From: Escherichia phage Jgk1
Strand: one strand, 5' to 3'
Sequence record: PV292302.1
Length of the DNA: 64,000 nt
The position numbers were made by a program, and so were the translations under genes. Positions 1 through 7,619 of the stretch are shown here, piece after piece (the first letter of the stretch is position 1; each line of letters opens with the position of its first letter). The notes below the pieces were generated by a model. It was not told the origin of the DNA. It made no database searches and saw only the letters and a program-made list of their open reading frames with translations.

Positions 1-401
1 GTGGCAGGGGCTACACCCTTACACTATGACTACCCCCCCGGTATGTCACTAGTCGGTGTACTACCCTACCCCACCTTACACGTTACACATGCTCCGCATG
101 TTATGGACATGTCGTCCTATCACTTAACATTGGAGCTATCAGCATGACTACTACTGCTAACGTACGTATGACCGTAGGAACTTTACTCGGTACAGTTAAT
201 GGAGCAGCAACTACTGTTGCAGATACATTTGATACAGCAACTAAAGCCATTGGTATGGCTAACCTGTATGTATCTACTATGGCAGACAAGCAACGTATTC
301 GTACTAAGCTTGAAATGCATACCTTCGTTAACAAATTAGCTGAAGAAACAGCTATGGTAGAAACTCTTCGTAAGAAGAATATCGAAGAATTCTGCAAAGA
401 T
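1..401 (+). repeat. Direct repeat copy 1 (identical to 501-901)
   Basis: Read directly: 1-401 matches 501-901 base for base; divergence begins at 402 vs 902. Confidence 0.9.
87..101 (+). promoter_or_regulatory. N4-type vRNAP early promoter hairpin (6-bp stem, TCC loop; GGA on template strand)
   Basis: acatgc-tcc-gcatgt inverted repeat ~40 nt upstream of ORF 144; same architecture recurs 5 more times. Confidence 0.45.
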
Positions 402-428
402 TCCTCGCCCCTAGTACCTCCTATTTAA
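144..428 (+). CDS. Hypothetical early protein, duplicated gene copy 1 (94 aa, divergent C-terminus)
   Basis: ORF with GGAGC RBS 6 nt upstream; first 86 codons identical to ORF 644-967. Confidence 0.45.
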   Translation: MTTTANVRMTVGTLLGTVNGAATTVADTFDTATKAIGMANLYVSTMADKQRIRTKLEMHTFVNKLAEETAMVETLRKKNIEEFCKDSSPLVPPI

Positions 429-500
429 CTGCTTATAAAGAGTAATCCTGCAATATTTTTGCATACGGAAATGCTGATAGCTATGTACGAGTGCAGTGGT

Positions 501-901
501 GTGGCAGGGGCTACACCCTTACACTATGACTACCCCCCCGGTATGTCACTAGTCGGTGTACTACCCTACCCCACCTTACACGTTACACATGCTCCGCATG
601 TTATGGACATGTCGTCCTATCACTTAACATTGGAGCTATCAGCATGACTACTACTGCTAACGTACGTATGACCGTAGGAACTTTACTCGGTACAGTTAAT
701 GGAGCAGCAACTACTGTTGCAGATACATTTGATACAGCAACTAAAGCCATTGGTATGGCTAACCTGTATGTATCTACTATGGCAGACAAGCAACGTATTC
801 GTACTAAGCTTGAAATGCATACCTTCGTTAACAAATTAGCTGAAGAAACAGCTATGGTAGAAACTCTTCGTAAGAAGAATATCGAAGAATTCTGCAAAGA
901 T
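501..901 (+). repeat. Direct repeat copy 2 (identical to 1-401)
   Basis: Perfect identity to 1-401. Confidence 0.9.
587..601 (+). promoter_or_regulatory. N4-type vRNAP early promoter hairpin (duplicate of 87-101)
   Basis: Same hairpin inside repeat copy 2. Confidence 0.45.
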
Positions 902-967
902 GAGCAGAACGCTACTATCTATAACGCAGAATATGACAAGATTATCAACATCCTGTCTAAAAACTAA
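644..967 (+). CDS. Hypothetical early protein, duplicated gene copy 2 (107 aa)
   Basis: ORF with RBS; followed by hairpin gaatcccc-agaaa-tggggattc at 968-995. Confidence 0.5.
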   Translation: MTTTANVRMTVGTLLGTVNGAATTVADTFDTATKAIGMANLYVSTMADKQRIRTKLEMHTFVNKLAEETAMVETLRKKNIEEFCKDEQNATIYNAEYDKIINILSKN

Positions 968-1063
968 AACAAGAATCCCCAGAAATGGGGATTCAAAAAT
1001 TCATTAGATAGATAGTCTAAAAAGTAGATAGTTATTCATAGAAGTTCTACTTCGGAGATAGTT

Positions 1064-1243
1064 ATGTCAATAACAGATTGCAAATCTGAATCACCACAGG
1101 AAGCTTTAGAAAAGTTCGCAGAAGCTACTGCAAATCGTGCATTAGGTTCTGTCGGTATGGCTTATGAAACTCCTCAAAAACTTGAAGAAGAGTATCAGAA
1201 AGCTAAGCAAGAAGTTCTAACCTGGATGTCTTACATCCCTTAA
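1064..1243 (+). CDS. Small hypothetical early protein (59 aa)
   Basis: ATG at 1064 with GGAGA RBS ~6 nt upstream, TAA at 1241; below the track length cutoff. Confidence 0.35.
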   Translation: MSITDCKSESPQEALEKFAEATANRALGSVGMAYETPQKLEEEYQKAKQEVLTWMSYIP

Positions 1244-1258
1244 AGAAGCTCCGCTTCT
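1244..1258 (+). promoter_or_regulatory. N4-type vRNAP early promoter hairpin (agaagc-tcc-gcttct)
   Basis: 6-bp stem, 3-nt TCC loop, followed by atcgg; ~33 nt upstream of ORF 1291. Confidence 0.5.
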
Positions 1259-1290
1259 ATCGGTTATCCTTTTAATTCAGGAGTTTACTC

Positions 1291-1551
1291 ATGCAATTCA
1301 ATACTGACTTATTCTATGTAGATAGTCGTACTCAATTTGGTAGCTTTGCACAATCAAGCAATTCTGAATGGCAATTATGGTTCTCGGAAAAGAACCTTAA
1401 CTACAAGAATCCTGCTGTTATTGAACACAGATTTCCTGTAAAGCCTACCAAGCGCCAGGTACGTAAGCTGCGTCGTGCATTCCGTAAAGAATATCAAAAC
1501 AGCTTAGCTGAGTTCTTTGCTAAAGAAGGCTCAGCAGCTATGTATTGGTAA
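1291..1551 (+). CDS. Hypothetical early protein (86 aa) with basic KPTKRQVRKLRR motif
   Basis: ORF with AGGAG RBS; shares motif with ORF 2474-2662. Confidence 0.55.
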   Translation: MQFNTDLFYVDSRTQFGSFAQSSNSEWQLWFSEKNLNYKNPAVIEHRFPVKPTKRQVRKLRRAFRKEYQNSLAEFFAKEGSAAMYW

Positions 1552-1560
1552 ACCAAAACC

Positions 1561-1575
1561 AGACGCTCCGCGTCT
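1561..1575 (+). promoter_or_regulatory. N4-type vRNAP early promoter hairpin (agacgc-tcc-gcgtct)
   Basis: 6-bp stem, TCC loop, followed by aaagg; ~27 nt upstream of ORF 1602. Confidence 0.5.
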
Positions 1576-1601
1576 AAAGGATTCAATAACCGGAGAGTAT
1601 T

Positions 1602-1817
1602 ATGAAAGCTTTTAGAGATGTAGCCGATGGGGAAGTTTACTTCGTTAGAGGTGGCTTTGAGCTAGTTCGTGTAAATGAAAGTAGCGACTATAACTCTGTG
1701 CTAGTAGAAGATTCATCAATTGGGGTAAAACAACCAGATGATGAACCTACCTTCAGTTCTATGGATGAACTGAAAGCTGCCTATCCCGAAGATAGTGAAG
1801 CAGTGGAAATCTTTTAA
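1602..1817 (+). CDS. Hypothetical early protein (71 aa, acidic)
   Basis: ORF with GGAGAG RBS. Confidence 0.5.
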   Translation: MKAFRDVADGEVYFVRGGFELVRVNESSDYNSVLVEDSSIGVKQPDDEPTFSSMDELKAAYPEDSEAVEIF

Positions 1818-1823
1818 CAACAG

Positions 1824-1838
1824 GGCTGCTCCGCAGCC
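1824..1838 (+). promoter_or_regulatory. N4-type vRNAP early promoter hairpin (ggctgc-tcc-gcagcc)
   Basis: 6-bp stem, TCC loop, followed by tttgg. Confidence 0.5.
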
Positions 1839-1946
1839 TTTGGATGATTTATGCATCCACTAATCATTGAACTTTTATCCTTTTGTTTGGGTTTCCTCAC
1901 CGACGAGGTTACTCGCAAATCAAATCATTTATCTGGAGAGTACAAA

Positions 1947-2330
1947 ATGTCTATCGAAAAATTCACCTTTGGTAAAACCAACGCTGCTTCTAACTCTGCT
2001 GCTAAAGCTGATAAGCCTAAAGCACAGTTCTGGCTGAACATTGGCTATGTAGCTAATGAAGGCACAGAAGATGCTAAATTCATCAGTCTGCCTACTGGTA
2101 TCCCACTGGATACTCAGGAGCCATTGCCTACTAACAGTAGCAATGAAGACTTCCGTGCTATGCGTTCAGCACAGAATGACCTTCTGGCACAACTCATTGA
2201 GTTTGCTGAAGGTCTGGAACCAGGTGCTGAAGGTATCATTCAGCTTCAGGTTCAACTACGTCGTGTCAAAGCTCCTGCTGAAGAAATCAAGCCGGACGAG
2301 AATAAATATGCACGTAAGCTGACTTTCTAA
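1947..2330 (+). CDS. Hypothetical early protein (127 aa)
   Basis: Internal ATG of track ORF 1851-2330 with GGAGAG RBS; terminator follows. Confidence 0.5.
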   Translation: MSIEKFTFGKTNAASNSAAKADKPKAQFWLNIGYVANEGTEDAKFISLPTGIPLDTQEPLPTNSSNEDFRAMRSAQNDLLAQLIEFAEGLEPGAEGIIQLQVQLRRVKAPAEEIKPDENKYARKLTF

Positions 2331-2339
2331 TCAGCACAT

Positions 2340-2368
2340 GGACTCCCTTCGGGGAGTCCTTTTATTTT
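2340..2368 (+). terminator. Rho-independent terminator
   Basis: ggactccc-ttcg-gggagtcc hairpin followed by T-run. Confidence 0.7.
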
Positions 2369-2473
2369 AACTCGACGATAAACTAAGTTTAACTTTTAGG
2401 TCCTTTTCGACGAAGAGGTACTAAAACTCAAACACAGTTAATTAGACATATCTTAGAAGAAGGAATAACCAAG

Positions 2474-2662
2474 ATGCGTATAGTATGTAATCGCTTTAAT
2501 GCACAAAGAACTATTGAGCTGGTTAAGCCATACGGTGCAAACATGAGTATGGAATCTCGTTGGCAGGTGTCATTAGTAGACAGACGTCAACGTCATTATG
2601 ACCACTTCTTTGTAGCTAAACCTACTCGTAAACAAATTCGTAAACTTCGTAAAGGTCACTAA
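2474..2662 (+). CDS. Hypothetical protein (62 aa) with basic KPTRKQIRKLRK motif, paralog of 1291-1551 C-terminus
   Basis: ORF with GAAGGA RBS; motif shared with ORF 1291. Confidence 0.5.
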   Translation: MRIVCNRFNAQRTIELVKPYGANMSMESRWQVSLVDRRQRHYDHFFVAKPTRKQIRKLRKGH

Positions 2663-2664
2663 TC

Positions 2665-2856
2665 ATGAACAACGAACCTATGCCTCTCATTGGTAAAGTA
2701 ATACTTACAGTATTAGCTGTAATTGTGATTGCAGCAGTGTTCCTGACACTCGGTCCATTGGGTGGCATTGGGTTCTTTGCTTTTGCTGCTATCTCTGTGT
2801 TAAACCGTAGTCCACGTAGCAATGCTCGTGGACGAGATGAACCAGGTGGATTCTGA
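2665..2856 (+). CDS. Small membrane protein (63 aa)
   Basis: ORF with one long hydrophobic segment. Confidence 0.45.
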   Translation: MNNEPMPLIGKVILTVLAVIVIAAVFLTLGPLGGIGFFAFAAISVLNRSPRSNARGRDEPGGF

Positions 2857-3023
2857 TGAATCATTATCAACGTATGTGGATTAAAGCATATCAGGATTAC
2901 CTGGGTGCTGCTAAAGCCACTGCTGAAAAACGAGGGGAAGTACTTCATACAACTGAGGTATTTATGGCCCGTAAACATGCTGATGCAGTGACTAATTCAC
3001 TGAAGGAGCTTGAAAATGCGTAA
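2856..3023 (+). CDS. Small hypothetical protein (55 aa)
   Basis: ATG overlapping upstream stop (TGATG); in-frame to TAA 3021-3023; below track cutoff. Confidence 0.3.
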   Translation: MNHYQRMWIKAYQDYLGAAKATAEKRGEVLHTTEVFMARKHADAVTNSLKELENA

Positions 3024-3177
3024 ATCATTAATCATGGGAACCAGAGAAGATGTTATTAAGCGTCGTGCTAAACAAGCTACTGCTCAATCAATGCCTGTTA
3101 CTGGTAGTAGCAGAACATATAACATTAAGCCTAAGCAGTATATCGTAACCTTCAACCATCCAATCTTAGGAAACTAA
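3016..3177 (+). CDS. Small hypothetical protein (53 aa)
   Basis: ATG at 3016 overlapping previous ORF end; stop abuts ATG of ORF 3179. Confidence 0.3.
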   Translation: MRKSLIMGTREDVIKRRAKQATAQSMPVTGSSRTYNIKPKQYIVTFNHPILGN

Positions 3178-3178
3178 T

Positions 3179-3391
3179 ATGTACTTTATTATCTTTGTAA
3201 TGAGCTGGTTTGTAGTTGTATCTGTTAACCATTTTGCATCTTCTGTTGATAAGGGGTTGGTACACAATGGCAAGCACTTTCAACGTGGTATATGGTTGAT
3301 ATTAGCTAATTGTATCAAGGGATTCAATCTGGGTTATACAGTATGGTTTATCTATTACTGTGTAGTTAACTATCTTTATCAACTACTATGA
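3179..3391 (+). CDS. Small membrane protein (70 aa)
   Basis: ORF with two hydrophobic segments. Confidence 0.4.
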   Translation: MYFIIFVMSWFVVVSVNHFASSVDKGLVHNGKHFQRGIWLILANCIKGFNLGYTVWFIYYCVVNYLYQLL

Positions 3392-3453
3392 ACTGGCCTA
3401 TTAGCATTATCATGCTAGTGCTATTGGGCATTGGTGCACTACAACAACTAGGG

Positions 3454-3480
3454 GTCCTCTAAGGAGGACTTCTATTTTTT
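3454..3480 (+). terminator. Rho-independent terminator
   Basis: gtcctc/gaggac hairpin followed by tctatttttt. Confidence 0.6.
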
Positions 3481-3525
3481 ATTCCGAATAGTTAGACATA
3501 GATAGATATTGGAGAAACTATTAAA

Positions 3526-3834
3526 TTGTTAAATGAAATCATTTGTATCCCTCAGCATAAAGCACATATTGCAGAAAGGAATATTCGTATTCATCTGCCT
3601 ATGCCTTTATGTAATCCATTTCAGCGTAATGAGAGATTGAGCCAGGAGGATGTATCAGTAGCTTATGAAGCTTATCTGAAGAACAGACTCATTAATGGTG
3701 ACAAGCTCATCACTGCTGAGATGGAGAAGATAGCTAGCCTTGTCATGGACAAGACTGGTAAACCTGTTGGCCTTATTGGTGATGAACCAGAAGTCAACGT
3801 AATCCGTAGTTTAATATTAGAGGCAATCGGATAA
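3526..3834 (+). CDS. Hypothetical protein (102 aa), probable TTG start
   Basis: Track ORF begins at a TTG codon; GGAGA ~11 nt upstream; stop overlaps next ATG. Confidence 0.4.
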   Translation: MLNEIICIPQHKAHIAERNIRIHLPMPLCNPFQRNERLSQEDVSVAYEAYLKNRLINGDKLITAEMEKIASLVMDKTGKPVGLIGDEPEVNVIRSLILEAIG

Positions 3835-4058
3835 TGTTATACAACACTGATTATGGACTATGCCCAATCTGCAACAAACGGAAAGGAGTTGCCAAACATA
3901 ATAAGTGTTCTCGTATTCTTCAGAAGCGTAGAAATAAAGAAGAGTGGGATAACACTCTTAATTCACAGCGTGAGTACGAGAATAAGAGGACTGCTCGTAA
4001 AGCATCAACTCAGCTTATTCGTCGTAAAAATCACATTGAAGGATATCAGGGGGAATAA
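3834..4058 (+). CDS. Small Cys-containing basic protein (74 aa), zinc-ribbon-like CPICNKR...KC
   Basis: ORF; CxxC...C pattern plus Arg/Lys-rich tail. Confidence 0.45.
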   Translation: MLYNTDYGLCPICNKRKGVAKHNKCSRILQKRRNKEEWDNTLNSQREYENKRTARKASTQLIRRKNHIEGYQGE

Positions 4059-4342
4059 TGAAAGTTATCACCTATCCTACTCACAAAATAGCACTCTATC
4101 TTAATCAAAAAGTAGAAGTGCCATTATGGGTTAAATATATTGCAGCCTATCCTATGACGTATGGAAGTAGTAGTTCTGCATTAATTGGCTTTAGCCATAA
4201 ACCCAAATTCACTAAGACTGGTATCTGGAAAATACCACCTCAGCATAAGAAAAGTAGGCAGGAACAAATAGGTATTATCCGTGGATTTGCACCTGCTCGT
4301 AATGAAATTGAAGCTACTCTAAGTGAGGTTCTAATACCATGA
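4058..4342 (+). CDS. Hypothetical protein (94 aa)
   Basis: ORF in operon with translationally coupled neighbours. Confidence 0.45.
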   Translation: MKVITYPTHKIALYLNQKVEVPLWVKYIAAYPMTYGSSSSALIGFSHKPKFTKTGIWKIPPQHKKSRQEQIGIIRGFAPARNEIEATLSEVLIP

Positions 4343-4653
4343 CTACTATCGTAGTTCTGCATGACACCACATTCAAAGATGTGGATAAGATGATGAATAA
4401 CATAGACTATGTTGCTCAGCATTCTAAAGCATTCAATGGAGAGTTTACTCTCTATTGTGAACCAGAGTCACCATTGGCTCCTATACTTGAGGCTTCCGGT
4501 CTTCCGTTCAGTACTACTGACTTTCCAAAGGAACCTGACTTCGTTATCTCATCCATCTACGACTTACATGATGGTTCTAAAGCCAGTGAACTGGCAATGA
4601 ACCAGTGGAAATCTCGTCGTCCTGTATGGCCTTTTCAGGTGCTGAAACCATGA
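4339..4653 (+). CDS. Hypothetical protein (104 aa)
   Basis: ORF; start overlaps upstream stop. Confidence 0.45.
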   Translation: MTTIVVLHDTTFKDVDKMMNNIDYVAQHSKAFNGEFTLYCEPESPLAPILEASGLPFSTTDFPKEPDFVISSIYDLHDGSKASELAMNQWKSRRPVWPFQVLKP

Positions 4654-4892
4654 CCTATGAAGAATATTATGTATTTAAAAAGGGAGATGATTTTATAGCT
4701 ATGCCTGATGATTACAGAGATTGGCATACAACTTCTGTATTAAGTGAAGCATTTTCCGTACCTAACCTCGAAGAGGTTAATAGAGTAATGAACGGAGTAA
4801 TGCTAACTAGAGGGCTAGCTTACAAAATAGACGCATTAGAAGGAACTTCTGTATGCAAAGTCGTTACATCCATTGAGGTACTGAAACCATGA
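4650..4892 (+). CDS. Hypothetical protein (80 aa)
   Basis: Internal ATG of track ORF 4605-4892 overlapping upstream stop (ATGA). Confidence 0.4.
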   Translation: MTYEEYYVFKKGDDFIAMPDDYRDWHTTSVLSEAFSVPNLEEVNRVMNGVMLTRGLAYKIDALEGTSVCKVVTSIEVLKP

Positions 4893-5272
4893 AGATAAGC
4901 TCATTAGGTGATAACACCAATGCCTTATACGGTGTAGCTGCATGTCCAATTATTATTGTCAATAAACATCACAGTAAATCTGGTGAGTATATTGGGCGTG
5001 GCTCACCATTAGGTAATCCATTCATCATTGGTACGCATGGCGACCGTGAACAGGTAATTGCTAAATATGCTATGTGGTTACAAGAGCAGATTGATAAAAA
5101 CAATCCTGTTGTACTAAAAGAACTTAATCGTCTGGGTAATAAAGCCATTGACGAGAAAGGGTTAGCCTTACAGTGTTTCTGTTATCCGAAACCATGTCAT
5201 GGTGAGGTTATTAAAGAGAAGCTCGTAAAGGCTATGTACAAATACTTTGAGGAGCATCCAAATGGCATTTGA
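4889..5272 (+). CDS. Hypothetical protein (127 aa) with GRGSPLGNPF motif
   Basis: ORF; motif read in translation; family recalled only tentatively (DUF4326-like). Confidence 0.45.
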   Translation: MKISSLGDNTNALYGVAACPIIIVNKHHSKSGEYIGRGSPLGNPFIIGTHGDREQVIAKYAMWLQEQIDKNNPVVLKELNRLGNKAIDEKGLALQCFCYPKPCHGEVIKEKLVKAMYKYFEEHPNGI

Positions 5273-5594
5273 AGACATTAATCACCCATCACTATGGGGC
5301 ATTCAGCATATACCATCAGGTAAGTTGCTGAGGCAGTTTAATCATGGTTATGGTCATACACAGCTAGATGTGGAAGATGACCCACTGCACCCAAGAGTAC
5401 AACGTGGGATTGTATTATCACCTCGCCTATTTACTAGTGAAGACACAGCTAAACGTGCACTCATTCAGTGGCTACAAGGAGTTCATCGTAATGAATGGGA
5501 AGATGGACTGTATGTATATAACCCAGAAGTTCCTCGTATTAAAGAGGAGTTCAAAGTAATTCCTGTTTATTTGTATACCGACCAGAAGGAGTAA
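5262..5594 (+). CDS. Hypothetical protein (110 aa)
   Basis: Internal ATG of track ORF 5247-5594. Confidence 0.4.
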   Translation: MAFEDINHPSLWGIQHIPSGKLLRQFNHGYGHTQLDVEDDPLHPRVQRGIVLSPRLFTSEDTAKRALIQWLQGVHRNEWEDGLYVYNPEVPRIKEEFKVIPVYLYTDQKE

Positions 5595-5598
5595 CTGT

Positions 5599-5784
5599 AT
5601 GTCTAAGCAATGTAAGTGTGGTAAAGGCTACGTATCACTTTGGGATAACAAATGTGGTAAATGCCGAACCAAGAAGGAACAGAAAGACCATGAATATGCT
5701 CTTGACTGTGTATCCGAATGTCAGTGTGAGTCACAAGCTGATGCTATTAACTTTTACAAAGAAGTAAGGAATCATTGCAAATGA
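5599..5784 (+). CDS. Small Cys-rich protein (61 aa), zinc-ribbon-like
   Basis: CKCGK...CGKC...C..C.C pattern. Confidence 0.45.
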   Translation: MSKQCKCGKGYVSLWDNKCGKCRTKKEQKDHEYALDCVSECQCESQADAINFYKEVRNHCK

Positions 5785-6164
5785 AAGAAATCTTCGTATT
5801 CGGTTCTAACCTGGCTGGTATACATGGTGCTGGTGCAGCTAAGACTGCATATAAGAAACATGGTGCTCGTTGGGGAATGGGTGTAGGCCATTATGGTTGC
5901 AGCTATGCAATCCCAACCAAAGACCAGAACATCAAGACAATGAAACGTAGCGATATTGAGACATTCGTTGCAGGCTTTATTCTATATGCTGCTTCTCATC
6001 CAGAGTGGGACTTTAAAGTAACACGTATTGGATGTGATTTAGCTGGCTTCACTGATGCAGAAATGGCAGTACTGTTTGTTACAGCTACTGGAAACGTACT
6101 ATTCGATGAGGCATGGAAACCATACCTGGGTGATACCTATAACTATTGGGGAACATTCTCATGA
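5775..6164 (+). CDS. Hypothetical protein (129 aa) with Gly-rich FGSNLAGIHGAGAA motif, Rossmann-like
   Basis: ORF; Gly-rich loop near N-terminus; family unresolved. Confidence 0.45.
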   Translation: MQMKEIFVFGSNLAGIHGAGAAKTAYKKHGARWGMGVGHYGCSYAIPTKDQNIKTMKRSDIETFVAGFILYAASHPEWDFKVTRIGCDLAGFTDAEMAVLFVTATGNVLFDEAWKPYLGDTYNYWGTFS

Positions 6165-6246
6165 AAGAACTAGCTTACTTAATAGTCCTATGGGCTATCG
6201 GAGGAAGCATTGTATGGACACTCTCAGATTTACTTCTTAAGTAAAT

Positions 6247-6261
6247 AGCTGCTCCGCAGCT
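6247..6261 (+). promoter_or_regulatory. N4-type vRNAP early promoter hairpin (agctgc-tcc-gcagct)
   Basis: 6-bp stem, TCC loop, followed by tttcgg; ~30 nt upstream of ORF 6292. Confidence 0.5.
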
Positions 6262-6291
6262 TTCGGTAATTAATTAACTAGGAGATATGCG

Positions 6292-7110
6292 ATGTACTCA
6301 TCTATTGAACATCAGAAGCAACTGGAAACTCTGTTTAACAAGAATCAACTAATTCCTCGTATGAGGAAAGAGTTCGAAGACTCCAAAGACGTAGACTTTA
6401 AGGCATTTGCCGAGTATCTGGACATTGATTATAAGTTGCTCATTGATGCAATGGTTCAGATGGCACTACATAAACGTGCCGACCTGCCTACCTTAGTTGG
6501 CTCTCTTATGAGCCACAGTCATGACGCTCAGTATATTGCTGATTGTCTGTTGAAAATGGCAGAAAACGACTGCTTCAACTTTGACCCAAGCATTGACAAG
6601 TTCATCGTGCTGTATGGCATCAGTGAAGATGTACAGCTTGAGTTAGAAGCATTCCAGTATCCACTGCCTATCGTCAGTAAACCTAAGCCTGTACGGGATA
6701 ACCGTGACACAGGCTATTGGAATACTAAAGGCAGCATCATCCTCAAGAAGAATCACCATGAAATGGATGTCTGTCTTGACCACATCAACCGTATGAACAG
6801 TCAGCGACTGTGCATTAACTGGAAAGTAGCTAAGTTCGTTAAGAACTCCTGGGCTAACCTGGATAAACCTAAAGAAGGTGAAACCCGTCAGGACTTCGAG
6901 AAACGTGTACGTGCATTCGAAAAGTATGACCGTACAGCTAAAGACGTAATGGAGCTAGTGACTAAAGAAGGTAATAACTTCTCACTAGCTCATAAGTATG
7001 ACAAGCGTGGGCGTACTTACTCACAGGGTTATCACATCAACTATCAGGGAACCAGTTGGAACAAGGCTGTAATAGAGTTCGCTGATAAGGAGTTAGTAAA
7101 CGATGCGTAA
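6292..7110 (+). CDS. Phage RNA polymerase II small subunit (N4 gp15-like)
   Basis: 272 aa, directly upstream of the T7-like RNAP catalytic subunit gene; N4 gene order 15-16-17. Confidence 0.5.
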   Translation: MYSSIEHQKQLETLFNKNQLIPRMRKEFEDSKDVDFKAFAEYLDIDYKLLIDAMVQMALHKRADLPTLVGSLMSHSHDAQYIADCLLKMAENDCFNFDPSIDKFIVLYGISEDVQLELEAFQYPLPIVSKPKPVRDNRDTGYWNTKGSIILKKNHHEMDVCLDHINRMNSQRLCINWKVAKFVKNSWANLDKPKEGETRQDFEKRVRAFEKYDRTAKDVMELVTKEGNNFSLAHKYDKRGRTYSQGYHINYQGTSWNKAVIEFADKELVNDA

Positions 7111-7390
7111 AAAAGACTTTAAAGCCATCGCTCAATCCAAAGGTGGAATGGGCATACTGGCATTAGGAGAAGATGGTACAGTATTGTATAAGGCTTACGA
7201 CGTAATGACTGGTAAACCAGTCACTGTATGCCTCTTCTACGATGTGGATGCCTACTGGTCAATGCAGAATGCTATAGCAAACTTCAGTAATATCATGAAA
7301 GACCGTGACCAGAAGCCGGATTTAACTCCAGCTGACAAAGACTTTCAGTCAATCCTCAATGACCTGAAGAAACCAGGCAAACTTCATTAA
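7103..7390 (+). CDS. Hypothetical protein (95 aa)
   Basis: ORF. Confidence 0.4.
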   Translation: MRKKDFKAIAQSKGGMGILALGEDGTVLYKAYDVMTGKPVTVCLFYDVDAYWSMQNAIANFSNIMKDRDQKPDLTPADKDFQSILNDLKKPGKLH

Positions 7391-7406
7391 TACAAAGGTG
7401 AAATAA

Positions 7407-7574
7407 ATGACCGATAAGTATGAGCTATGGACTAAATGGCCAGGAGAAGACTGGAAGTTTTTCAAGTCTAGTAATGACATTGAGTATCTAAGAACTACGG
7501 CTAAACGTGTAACCAAAAGCTTAGGAATAAGCTGTAAAATTCATGCAGTAAAACGCTTTGAACAACCATTGTAA
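7407..7574 (+). CDS. Small hypothetical protein (55 aa)
   Basis: ATG with AAAGGTG RBS, TAA at 7572; below track cutoff. Confidence 0.3.
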   Translation: MTDKYELWTKWPGEDWKFFKSSNDIEYLRTTAKRVTKSLGISCKIHAVKRFEQPL

Positions 7575-7619
7575 TTAACCTAATGCGAGCCAACAGGCTC
7601 AAGACGCAAGGAATATAAA

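Noticed and set aside
101-897. Minus-strand ORFs 101-397 and 601-897 antisense to the duplicated early gene
   Set aside because: Same length class as the + strand ORFs but no RBS; the + strand ORFs follow the promoter hairpins and match the orientation of the whole early region
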